Assembly: GCA_021828085.1 (NCBI GenBank)
Contig: JAKATE010000001.1
Coordinates: 1-47,242, forward strand
Reading direction: 5' to 3'
Length of the DNA: 47,242 nt
Source: Thermoplasmata archaeon
Lineage (GTDB): Archaea; Thermoplasmatota; Thermoplasmata; Lutacidiplasmatales; UBA184
The notes below the pieces were generated by a model. The model saw nothing but the letters and a program-made list of their open reading frames with translations. It was not told the DNA's origin and searched no databases. The first letter of the stretch is position 1; the number at the start of each line of letters is the position of its first letter. Of the stretch, positions 39,701-47,026 are shown piece by piece. Made by a program: the position numbers and the translations under genes.

Positions 39701-42097
39701 CTCACGTACCTCTGGAACGTGGGGGGCCAGCAGTTCCAGGGGCTCGGTCTCTCGAGCCTCTCCTACGTCCCCGGGACGCCCGGGGAGACCAACGGCTCCC
39801 TCAGCGTCACCGATGAGCTCGGCGCCCGGGTCAGCGCCGCGTTCACCTTCCGGGTCGTCGGGCCCCCGAGCCTGACGCTGAGCTCCCCCCAGGCCCGGCT
39901 CGACGCCGGTGAGGAGGCCACGGTCGTCGCCACGGTCCAGGGGGGCTTCGGGAACCTGAGCTACCGCTGGTCCCTGCCCCCCGGGGCCTCCGGGCTCGGG
40001 AGCGGGGCGGAGGCCTCGCTGACCTTCCCGGCGGCCGGGGACTATCCGGTCGGCGTCACCGTCCTGGACGCGCTGGGGGGACAGGCGAGCGCGCTCCTGG
40101 TCCTCTCCGTCTCCTCCGCGCTGACCGTCTCGCTCCCCGCGGGTGCGCCCGCAGATACCGGCCTCGCGATTCCGATCGTCCCCTCCATCGGAGGGGGGAC
40201 GGGGCCCTTCCAGCTCGACTGGACCCTGCCACCAGGAGCCACGCAGGCCAGCAACGACACCTTCACGTTCGCCACACCGGGGACCTTCTCGGTGGAGGTG
40301 GAGGTCCACGATGCCACGGGGGCCACGGCCTCGGCCCGGGAGAACCTCAGTGTGATGCCGGCTCCCTCGGTCAGCTTCCCGGTCCTCCCGCTCAAGGCCG
40401 CCGCCGGCGTCCCCACCCCTTTCGAGGCCCTGCTGGAGGGAGGCACGTCCCCCTGGAACGCCGACTTCGAGGTGAGCGGGACGGAGAGCTTTCCGGGGGT
40501 GTTCGCCAACGTCACCTTCCCCGATCCAGGGACCTATCCGATGCTCTTCGTGGCCACGGACCTGGCCGGGGCCCGCCTGGTGCGCTCCTGGAACGTCAGC
40601 GTCCTCGCCGACCCGCTGGAACTGGCTGGGAACGTGAGCGAGCCCGCCGGGATCGTCCCGTTCGCTCCAGTGGTCCAGGGCGTGTGGAGCGGCGGGGTGG
40701 GGCCTTTCGAGGGAAGGATCGAGTGGAACGGCACCTTCCTCTCCGGCTGGGAACCGCTCGGGACCACCGGTCCTTGGAACGTCTCCGTTCCCCTCTCGTC
40801 CCCGGGCCCGGTCCGGATCGCCCTCTGGGTCGAGGATTCCCTCGGAGCCGTCGCCGAGCGCTCGTTCCAGCTCGAAGGGCTCGCCTCCCCTCCCGACCCG
40901 GAACTCTCCGCCCCGACGGGCGAGGCCGGCCTCCCGGTCACGGTGAGCGCCGAGTGGCCGAGCCCCTGGATCGCTCCCGGGGAGCGGGTATCCGAGCGCT
41001 GGTGGGGACCCGGCCTCGCCCCCTCCTCGGGGCCTTCGGCCACCTTCCTCGAGAACGCCAGCGGGGTGTACTCTCTCTCGTTCTCCGTCGTCCTCCTGGA
41101 CGAAAGCGGCGCCGCCCTGGAGAACCTCACCTTCCGGGCCCTCCTCCGCGTCGAGCCCGGGCCCCCCGTGGCGCTCGTGCCGGCCGGGGACCCCTCGGCA
41201 GGGTACGCCGGGGAGAACCTCTCGCTCCTCTTCGCCAGTGTCGACTCCTGGGGGAACGTGAACACCTCCGCGGGGGGGAACGTGACCCTCACCCCCTCAG
41301 GGGCCGGTTCCGTCGGGGTAGGGGACCTCTCCGGTGGCTACGTCCGCTTCCCGGTGAGCTCCACCTCCGCGGGGAACGTGAGCTACGCGGTCTCCGCCCC
41401 CGGCCTCCAGGGCACGAGCGTTGCGATCCTCTGGACGGCCGACGCGATGAGGGGGACGATCCGTGTCCTCTCGTGGAGCCGGGAAGGCTCCTCGCTCTGG
41501 CTCAACCTGAGCGTCGTCGACGTCTTCGGGAACCCGCTCTCCGGCTACCCCGTCGAGGCGAGCGCACCGGGGCTCCCGACCGTGGGCGGGACCGCCGAGG
41601 GCGGGACGCTCTCGCTCCTCCTCCCCGGGGCGGCCTCCGTGGGGGAGGTGACCCTCACCGGGCAGCACGGGGCCTCGACCACCCTGGAGCTACCGGGTCC
41701 GGCGACCCCCGAGGGGGGCTGGGTGGAGAACGCGCTCCTCGCCCTCTTCCTCGGGGGGGTCCTCGGCGCCGCGCTCTTCTTCCGGGTGCGCTCCTGGCGG
41801 CGCCGTCGCCGCCCCCCGGAGGACCGGACTCCTGACCCGCTCCTCGAGGCCGTCGAGGAGTCGCCCGGTGAGGAGGTCGGGGCCCTGGGGGAGATCGCCC
41901 GTCTCCGCGGCTGGAGCGGGAACGATGTGGAGGGAGGGCTCTCCGCCCTTGAGCGCGCCGGCCAGGTCCACCGCGAGCCCGACGGGGCCGGGGGTACGCG
42001 CTACTACCCGGGACCGGCGCCGACCCCTGGAGAGCCGGCCACGACCGATCCCCCGGCCCCCGGGGAGGAAGCCCGGACGGAGGCGGAGCATGCGTGA
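36749..42097 (+). CDS. Giant membrane-anchored PKD/Ig-like repeat surface protein (putative adhesin) with cytoplasmic wHTH-like tail
   Basis: Signal peptide MRNRWLRWIALAVPLLLL; ~14 repeats with GG.PPY...W and W.FGDG motifs; many NxS/T sequons; TM NALLALFLGGVLGAALFF followed by RRRRR. Confidence 0.9.
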   Translation: MRNRWLRWIALAVPLLLLPTTLLPLASLGLGTALPGAGTDPAELVRAGTDAPLSAQTDVNVSIAPPSSDLEAGASLALQAEVTRVDPAYNITIESYHWSLSNASGGASLSPAYEARTTLSTLSTTPASRLQVELTVTGWIDDLYFTPFSDGATAVFAVLAPLSLGPLNATPDPATPQEEVHLSVPISGGAAPYQLQWSFGDGTRAETTASGAGTAEISHLFAAGTFLPSVTITDGDGQNSTTSSSSSVVVGEALRASVAGPPGGDVGAPQVFHASVAGGTPPYSYLWTDSEGASTPGNSSFSIVPAQPGVLGVSLEVTDSAGNQFLAPTFDVQVRPSPTLTLRSSLPAVDLGEALPELISIQGGTPPYSVSWQPSSQAPELTGTFAAPGNYSEPFTPSSPGEVTAVANGEDAAGEAFGSVSIVGRVLPDPTASVTGPAGPLVSGEPFTLDALLSGGVAPYSWSWQFTRPVSALSPTEGSSTAAGLVSFQGESLGTGTLEALFEATDAQGFNFSATLGLSEVPPLSASFLLPLPPAEQGVPLPLSLEVTGGTPPYTAELVGSDGSSVSASLPGPGFFPLLWTPRGAGPVELRTTVEDTAGRTAYANASLVVASPPTLSLTLPRDPTDVGPYPLTVVVSGGAPPFSGFLNASSGPSLPISGSGPSFPLDLLWSAPGEVYLRVELTDALGGRAYAQQSLAVYPRPTPALVLSSDRLDVGEPFEASLSVSGGTGSWLSSQVSFGDGTGSQSAPAEHSYSAPGSYLVTGTVEDSAGAWANATPETVEVNADPTVATGLRQPGVDAGLAASFSSQVSFGTPPYSYQWGFGDGSGSSEANPTHIFSSPGLYEVSLTVTDSAGVTVAAPTLNVSVESPPQLWIGANATYEEVGQPLTLSAQLIGGALPESVLWSLPGGRSAGGTQVGWIPASPGEVEVRASLKDAAGDYAFAELNLTVAPALSLGPVLLPSPVLESGRSWALLANVAGGAGGLTYLWNVGGQQFQGLGLSSLSYVPGTPGETNGSLSVTDELGARVSAAFTFRVVGPPSLTLSSPQARLDAGEEATVVATVQGGFGNLSYRWSLPPGASGLGSGAEASLTFPAAGDYPVGVTVLDALGGQASALLVLSVSSALTVSLPAGAPADTGLAIPIVPSIGGGTGPFQLDWTLPPGATQASNDTFTFATPGTFSVEVEVHDATGATASARENLSVMPAPSVSFPVLPLKAAAGVPTPFEALLEGGTSPWNADFEVSGTESFPGVFANVTFPDPGTYPMLFVATDLAGARLVRSWNVSVLADPLELAGNVSEPAGIVPFAPVVQGVWSGGVGPFEGRIEWNGTFLSGWEPLGTTGPWNVSVPLSSPGPVRIALWVEDSLGAVAERSFQLEGLASPPDPELSAPTGEAGLPVTVSAEWPSPWIAPGERVSERWWGPGLAPSSGPSATFLENASGVYSLSFSVVLLDESGAALENLTFRALLRVEPGPPVALVPAGDPSAGYAGENLSLLFASVDSWGNVNTSAGGNVTLTPSGAGSVGVGDLSGGYVRFPVSSTSAGNVSYAVSAPGLQGTSVAILWTADAMRGTIRVLSWSREGSSLWLNLSVVDVFGNPLSGYPVEASAPGLPTVGGTAEGGTLSLLLPGAASVGEVTLTGQHGASTTLELPGPATPEGGWVENALLALFLGGVLGAALFFRVRSWRRRRRPPEDRTPDPLLEAVEESPGEEVGALGEIARLRGWSGNDVEGGLSALERAGQVHREPDGAGGTRYYPGPAPTPGEPATTDPPAPGEEARTEAEHA
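37229..40880 (+). repeat. About 14 tandem, diverged ~80-85-aa PKD/Ig-like protein repeats (within the CDS)
   Basis: GGAAPYQLQW, GGTPPYSYLW, GGTPPYSVSW, GGVAPYSWSW, GGTPPYTAEL, GGAPPFSGFL, GGTGSWLSSQ, FGTPPYSYQW, GGALPESVLW, GGAGGLTYLW, GGFGNLSYRW, GGTGPFQLDW, GGTSPWNADF, GGVGPFEGRI; boundaries approximate. Confidence 0.8.
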
Positions 42098-42500
42098 GCA
42101 GGCCCCGGTCTCCCGGGTCGCACTCGCCACCCTCCTCATCGCCGGTCTGTTCCTCGCGGGCCTCTCGATCGGGGGCGCGCCCCGGGAGACCCCTCCCGCG
42201 CGCCCCTCCGCGGGCGGGCTCGCTGCCGTGCATCCGGAGCTCGTCCACCCGTCGGACAACGCCACGGGCAACCTCACCGCCGCGCTCAACCGGGTCCTCT
42301 TCCTCACCGGGCTCGTCTCCGGCGCGGTGGTGACCCTCGTCTGGGTCCGCGTGGCGCTGAGCTGGTTCTCGCACGACCCGACGCGCAAGGTGCAGGCGAA
42401 GGAGCGCGCGCGCGACGCGCTGCTCGGCAGCCTGGTCCTCCTCGCGGCCGTCACGGGACTCGCCTGGGGGCTCGCCCACTGGGTCCTCACGGGGGTCTGA
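42090..42500 (+). CDS. VirB2/TrbC-like (CedA1-like) pilin
   Basis: 136 aa; N-terminal hydrophobic leader, then two hydrophobic helices joined by DPTRKVQAKERARDALLG, matching the T4SS-pilin D..K..AK....A..G pattern; ATG overlaps the upstream gene end. Confidence 0.75.
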   Translation: MREQAPVSRVALATLLIAGLFLAGLSIGGAPRETPPARPSAGGLAAVHPELVHPSDNATGNLTAALNRVLFLTGLVSGAVVTLVWVRVALSWFSHDPTRKVQAKERARDALLGSLVLLAAVTGLAWGLAHWVLTGV

Positions 42501-42511
42501 GCGGGGAGCTC

Positions 42512-43672
42512 ATGGGGATCGGGGCGCTGGTCAAGGCGGTCCTCTTCGCCCTCTTCGGCGCGCTCTCCGCCGCGGTCTCGCTCGCGGTCGAGCCGACCTA
42601 CGACCGGCTCTTCGTCCCGGAGATGAGCCCGTCAGCGCTCTTCGCCCCCTGGACCGGGGGCGGTCTCTTCGGCGGGGCCGTCCGCATGAGCTCCTTCCTC
42701 CTCGTCAACGTCGTCGACCCGTTCGCCGTCCTGGTCATCGCGGGCGTGGGGGTGCTCTACCTCGCCCGGGCCAGCCTCCCCTCGCTCGCGGGAAGGCTCC
42801 AGGACCTGGGTCCCCGTCTCCTCCTCGGGATCCTCATCGCCAACCTCGCGGTCCCCCTCGCCCAGGTCATCTTCCTCCTCGGCGCCGCGGTCTACCCGGT
42901 CTTCTACGCCTACCAGGGAGGGGCCTGGCAGAGCTACGCCAACCTCGTCGGGCCGGCCGGGCTCAGCGTCGCCTGGGACAACGGGCTGCTCGCGCTCATC
43001 GGGGCCCTGGCGCTGCTCGGGATGACGCTCCTCCTCGCCTTCCTCGTCGCCTTCCGGGACGCCCTCCTCGCGGTCCTCCTCGTCCTGTTGCCGATCTTCA
43101 CGCTCTTCTGGCCCTGGCCGTTCGCCTCCTCGCTCGCCTCCCGCGGTTGGAAGCTCTTCGTCGAGATGACCTTCCTGCCGTGCTTCCTGGTGGTCCCCCT
43201 GGCCCTCGCCGTCGGGTCCCAGAGCGTGCTCATCGTCCTCGCCCTCTTCGGTCTCGCCCTGGGCATGCCGAGCCTCCTCTCCCTCGGAGGGCGGGGACTC
43301 GGAGCCCTGGGCTCCCCCTCCCCCGCCGGGTTCGTGGCGGCCGGGCTCGGGCGAGGTCCGGGGATGGGGGTGGATTCAGTGGGGGGAGTGGCCCAGCACG
43401 GCACCCGTTCCTTCCGGTCCTCCCTCCCCCGCGGGGGTGCTGGAGCACGTCCCACGGCCCCCTGGCCCTCCGCCGCGCTGGGGCCGGCCTCGGCCGTGGT
43501 CTGGGGGATCGGGGAAGGCGTGGGCAAGCTGGCCCATCATCTGGGGAGCGCCGCGAACCGGCATCTCGGGCACGGCGGCGGGGGCTCCGGAGCGTCTCCC
43601 GCGATGAGGACGCGCCCCCCCTCCGCGCTGCGGGACGTCCCGGGAGCGGCCCGAGGGCGTCCCGTGGCATGA
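42512..43672 (+). CDS. VirB6/TrbL-like (CedA-like) polytopic membrane protein
   Basis: About 6-7 TM segments with RLLLGILIAN, AFRDALL.VL.VL.P...L.WP, GWKLFVE patterns, then a Gly/Ala-rich tail; directly follows the pilin; GGGAG SD-like site. Confidence 0.72.
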   Translation: MGIGALVKAVLFALFGALSAAVSLAVEPTYDRLFVPEMSPSALFAPWTGGGLFGGAVRMSSFLLVNVVDPFAVLVIAGVGVLYLARASLPSLAGRLQDLGPRLLLGILIANLAVPLAQVIFLLGAAVYPVFYAYQGGAWQSYANLVGPAGLSVAWDNGLLALIGALALLGMTLLLAFLVAFRDALLAVLLVLLPIFTLFWPWPFASSLASRGWKLFVEMTFLPCFLVVPLALAVGSQSVLIVLALFGLALGMPSLLSLGGRGLGALGSPSPAGFVAAGLGRGPGMGVDSVGGVAQHGTRSFRSSLPRGGAGARPTAPWPSAALGPASAVVWGIGEGVGKLAHHLGSAANRHLGHGGGGSGASPAMRTRPPSALRDVPGAARGRPVA

Positions 43673-43678
43673 ACGGAG

Positions 43679-44488
43679 ATGTCCCGGGCGCTGGAGGTGC
43701 CCTTGCCGGAACGGCAGGGGCACCGGATGCTGATGGGTCCCTTCCAGGGGCCCACCGAGCTCCTCCGCGCCCTCCTCGGAGCCGGCGCCGGGCTCCTCCT
43801 TGCGCTCGCGGTGGGCCCGATCGAGGGCCTGCTACTGGCCGCTGCGTTCCTCGGGCTCAACCTGGTCCGCTGGAGGGACGAACCTCTCTGGGACCTCCTG
43901 CGCGATGCGCTCGCCTACCAGCTGCGTCAGGCGCTGACCTCGAGCCGCGCCCCACCCGCGGCGCTCGGCATCGACACCGACCTCCTGGTCGACCCGGAGG
44001 GAGGACGCTGGGCCGCCTGGGAGGCCCCCCTGCTCCCCGTCTCGGGCCACGACGTGAGGGACCTCTTCGCCGAGGCGCAGCGGCTCCTGGCCGCGCTTCC
44101 CGCGGGATGGGGGGAGGTCTTCCTGGCCCGCCGCGCCGTCCCCTGGACGGCCGTTCTCCCCTCCGGTCCTCCACGCCCCGCCGCCGAGCGGCTCGCGTGG
44201 GAAGGTTACCGGACGCTGCTGCGCGAGCTCACGCGGAACTGCTACCGCCACCGGCTGTTCGTGCTCGTGCCCGCCCGGTCCCTGGCACCCCCCAAGGACC
44301 CGGACGGGCCGGCGCCCTTCCATCCACCGGCGGGTTTCACCCGGGTCCGCGGCGCGGAACTTCGGGTCGTCGCTCGCTGGGACGAACCCATCGTATCCCC
44401 CGAGCCCGTCCGTCTCCCCCCTTCGCACCTGCCCTCGCCTCCCCCGGGAACCCGTTCGGGCCGTGGACCGGCTACGCTACCGCGGTAG
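43679..44488 (+). CDS. PrgI/VirB3-like membrane protein with soluble C-terminal domain
   Basis: EVP......MGPF N-terminus, two TM helices, then DEPLWDLL..AL.Y; position between virB6-like and virB4-like genes. Confidence 0.6.
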   Translation: MSRALEVPLPERQGHRMLMGPFQGPTELLRALLGAGAGLLLALAVGPIEGLLLAAAFLGLNLVRWRDEPLWDLLRDALAYQLRQALTSSRAPPAALGIDTDLLVDPEGGRWAAWEAPLLPVSGHDVRDLFAEAQRLLAALPAGWGEVFLARRAVPWTAVLPSGPPRPAAERLAWEGYRTLLRELTRNCYRHRLFVLVPARSLAPPKDPDGPAPFHPPAGFTRVRGAELRVVARWDEPIVSPEPVRLPPSHLPSPPPGTRSGRGPATLPR

Positions 44489-44802
44489 CCCTCCTTTCCG
44501 GGGCGCTCGGCTTCTACGGCGTCGCCGAAGGGACGACCCCCTCGCTCGTCCTCCTCGTCTGGGTCCTCCTCGTGGCCCGGATGGGGAACTCGCCTCCGGC
44601 GGGACTGCCGAGCGGGGGGAAGTACGGGGGGGCCCGCTGGGCCCCCGCGGTCGCGGCCGGGCTTCTCGGGGCTACACTGTACCTCGACCCGGCCCTTCCG
44701 CTGGGGGAGGGGGCGCGCACCCTTCTCCTCGCCTGCGTCTCCGCCGGCCTCGCTTGGGCGCTCGCCCCCCGGGGGTCCTTCCACGCCGGGGAGGGGGGCT
44801 GA
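44377..44802 (+). CDS. 4-TM membrane protein without a canonical start (CTG at 44377, or frameshifted continuation of the upstream gene)
   Basis: WTGYATAVALLSGALGFYGV / SLVLLVWVLLVA / WAPAVAAGLLGATLYL / TLLLACVSAGLAWALA; stop overlaps the virB4-like ATG (TGATG). Start uncertain. Confidence 0.55.
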   Translation: MGRTHRIPRARPSPPFAPALASPGNPFGPWTGYATAVALLSGALGFYGVAEGTTPSLVLLVWVLLVARMGNSPPAGLPSGGKYGGARWAPAVAAGLLGATLYLDPALPLGEGARTLLLACVSAGLAWALAPRGSFHAGEGG

Positions 44803-46493
44803 TGCCCGGCTCGCCGCCGTCGAGGGGGGAGACGCCGGAAGGGGTGATCGCGGCGGACGGCCTGACCTACCTGCGCCTCTTCCGGCGTTTTCCCACCCGG
44901 GCTTCGGTGCCCGGCTTCCCGGCCCTCGGGCGGACGGACGCCCCGCTCGAGTCGGTCCTGCGTCTGCGCGGGATCCCTCCCGCCGAGGCGCTCCGCCAGG
45001 TCCGCGAGGACCTCGCCCATCTCGAGGCGGACCTCCGCGGCCTCCGGGACCGTTCCGATCCTCGCCGGGCAACGCTGGAGCCGCAGCTCGAGGGGGCTGA
45101 GCGGCTCGAGCACGGGCTCGTGCGACGCCAGACCCGCCTCTGGGAGGTGCTCTGGGGGCTCCGGGAGTCCTCCCGACGGGGCAGGCCTTCCACCCTCGCC
45201 GGGACCCAGGGAGCCTTGGAGTCCGAGGGGGCCCGCTTCTGGAACTCCCGCTGGAGGAGCGCACCCTTCCGCGAGGCCCTCCGCCCGGGGGGGCGGACAC
45301 GGCCGGAGTGGTTCCACCGGCTCGACGAGGAGGGGCTGGCCGCGCTCCTCCCGCTCTGGGAGGACCGCGCGACGGAGCTCGAGGGTGTGCTGCTGGGGAT
45401 GCACGCCGAGAACGGGACCCCGGTCTTCCTCGACCGCTTCCGGCACCCGCACCACTCCTCCGCCATCCTCGGGGAGACCGGCAGCGGCAAGAGCTATGCG
45501 AGCGCGCTCGGGCTCCTGCGTGCGCGCTGGGCGCACCCGGACCTCAGCGTCTTCGTCCTCGACCCGCTGGGCGGCCTGGCACGCTTCGTGGGTCTCCTCG
45601 GAGGGCATGTGGTGGTTCCCGGCCGGGGGGCCCTTCCGATCAACCCGCTCGATCCGGCCACCTCCGGCGGGGATGTGCGCCGGAAGATCGCGACGGTCTC
45701 GGTGATGCTCCGTGCGCTCTACCCCTCGCTGCACGATGAGGAGGCGGCCGTGCTCGACGTGGCACTCGAGGAGCTCTACCGGCGGTCAGGGGACCGCTCC
45801 CCGCAGCTGGGAGACCTCCTCACGTCGCTTAGGCAGCGGCTCCCGGCCGACCACCGGTTGCTCGCCCTCCTCCAGACCGCGGTCACGGGCTCCCTTGCCG
45901 GGCTCGACGGTCCGACACGATGGGACCTCGGGGGACCGCTCTGGGGCTTCGACCTCTCCCGGATCACGCCGGCCGAGCTCCCCTTCCTCCTCGTGCTCCT
46001 GCTCGACTTCATCGAGGGGGAGCTCCGGGGGCGGGAGGGGCCGAAGCTGCTCATCATCGACGAGGTCCACTACCTCTTCCGCTCCTCCGCCACCGCCGGT
46101 TACCTCGACCAGCTCGTCCGCCACGTCCGTCACTTCCGCACCGGTGTCGAGCTGCTCAGCCAGAGCCCCAACGACCTCACTGGGTCCGCGGCGGGGCGCG
46201 CCATCCTGGCCAACCTGGATTCCCTGCTCCTGCTCCGATTGAGGGAAGGAGGGCGCTCGCTCGGGGCGATCTACCCGCTGGCCGAGGAGGAGCGCGCAAG
46301 CCTTCGAGCGGCGCCGCTCCCCCGGGACCAGGGGTATTCGGGGGGACTGCTGCTTACCGGGGGTCGCCACTTGCCGGTCGCCATTCTCGCCTCTCCCGCC
46401 GAGGATGCCCTCCTTCGGGCGGGCTTCGACCGGGAGGGGAGCGAGCTCGCGGAAAACTCCGAGGGGAGCCGAGCGGGCGTGTCGGACCCGTGA
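44802..46493 (+). CDS. VirB4-like (CedB/HerA-FtsK superfamily) ATPase
   Basis: GVLLG....GTPVFLDRF, H..ILGETGSGKS (Walker A), VLDP.G, INPLD, LLIIDEVH (Walker B), R.VRHF, LSQSP.D; GGGGAGG upstream. Confidence 0.9.
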   Translation: MPGSPPSRGETPEGVIAADGLTYLRLFRRFPTRASVPGFPALGRTDAPLESVLRLRGIPPAEALRQVREDLAHLEADLRGLRDRSDPRRATLEPQLEGAERLEHGLVRRQTRLWEVLWGLRESSRRGRPSTLAGTQGALESEGARFWNSRWRSAPFREALRPGGRTRPEWFHRLDEEGLAALLPLWEDRATELEGVLLGMHAENGTPVFLDRFRHPHHSSAILGETGSGKSYASALGLLRARWAHPDLSVFVLDPLGGLARFVGLLGGHVVVPGRGALPINPLDPATSGGDVRRKIATVSVMLRALYPSLHDEEAAVLDVALEELYRRSGDRSPQLGDLLTSLRQRLPADHRLLALLQTAVTGSLAGLDGPTRWDLGGPLWGFDLSRITPAELPFLLVLLLDFIEGELRGREGPKLLIIDEVHYLFRSSATAGYLDQLVRHVRHFRTGVELLSQSPNDLTGSAAGRAILANLDSLLLLRLREGGRSLGAIYPLAEEERASLRAAPLPRDQGYSGGLLLTGGRHLPVAILASPAEDALLRAGFDREGSELAENSEGSRAGVSDP

Positions 46494-46549
46494 CCGGTTC
46501 CGGTGCAGCGCCGGGCTTTATGTAGGGCCAAACGGAAATCGTCCGACAC

Positions 46550-47017
46550 ATGTCCGACGTTTCTCCCTCCTCCCCGCCGCGCGCACGTCCGACCCCCTGG
46601 TCCGTCCGGAAGATCGTCGAGCAGGTGACGGGCCAGCCTCTCAGCGCGGTGCAGGGGAACGGGCCGGCACCCCCCCTCCGCGGGAGGTCGCCGGGGGAGC
46701 CTCGCCTGGGCCTGCCGGCCTTCCTGCCCGGCGGCCTCGGTGAGGACGCCCCCGCTTCCCTCCCCCTCCCCCATCCTCTCCATTTCGGCCCGCTCGGCGA
46801 CGAGCAGAGTGGGGAGCGCGCGCTCCCCCATGGGGAGGGGCACCGGGCCGGGGGGGACCGCCCCGCCTCCAAGGGACCCCGCTCCGGCGCCCTCGAGCTC
46901 GAGCGCGTCTACCTCCACTATCTGCTCCTCCACCTGGACCGGCTCGGCGAGCCCGCGCTCAAGTACCTGCGGCATGCCGTGGAAGAGGAGTGCCGGGACC
47001 GGGGCTGGGAGCCCTAG
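46550..47017 (+). CDS. Hypothetical protein (155 aa), disordered middle and helical C-terminus
   Basis: TTTATGTA at 46517-46524 upstream; C-terminal LERVYLHYLLLHLDRL...ALKYLRHAVEEE. Confidence 0.65.
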   Translation: MSDVSPSSPPRARPTPWSVRKIVEQVTGQPLSAVQGNGPAPPLRGRSPGEPRLGLPAFLPGGLGEDAPASLPLPHPLHFGPLGDEQSGERALPHGEGHRAGGDRPASKGPRSGALELERVYLHYLLLHLDRLGEPALKYLRHAVEEECRDRGWEP

Positions 47018-47026
47018 AGGACCGCT

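Larger units (their letters stand above)
36749..46493 (+). other. Putative chromosomal T4SS-like / Ced-like operon (adhesin, pilin, VirB6, PrgI/VirB3, 4-TM, VirB4)
   Basis: Six co-directional ORFs with overlaps or gaps of 11 nt or less; no relaxase, coupling protein or integrase in the window. Confidence 0.75.

Noticed and set aside
44463..44801. Longer GTG start for the VirB4-like ORF (676 aa)
   Set aside because: The extension is Arg/Pro/Gly-rich shadow of the 4-TM frame; the ATG at 44802 has an SD-like site and a TGATG coupling.
36600..47020. Integrated conjugative element or provirus
   Set aside because: No integrase, relaxase, replication or virion genes, no tRNA target or flanking direct repeats, and no obvious compositional shift; cannot be excluded beyond the window edge.
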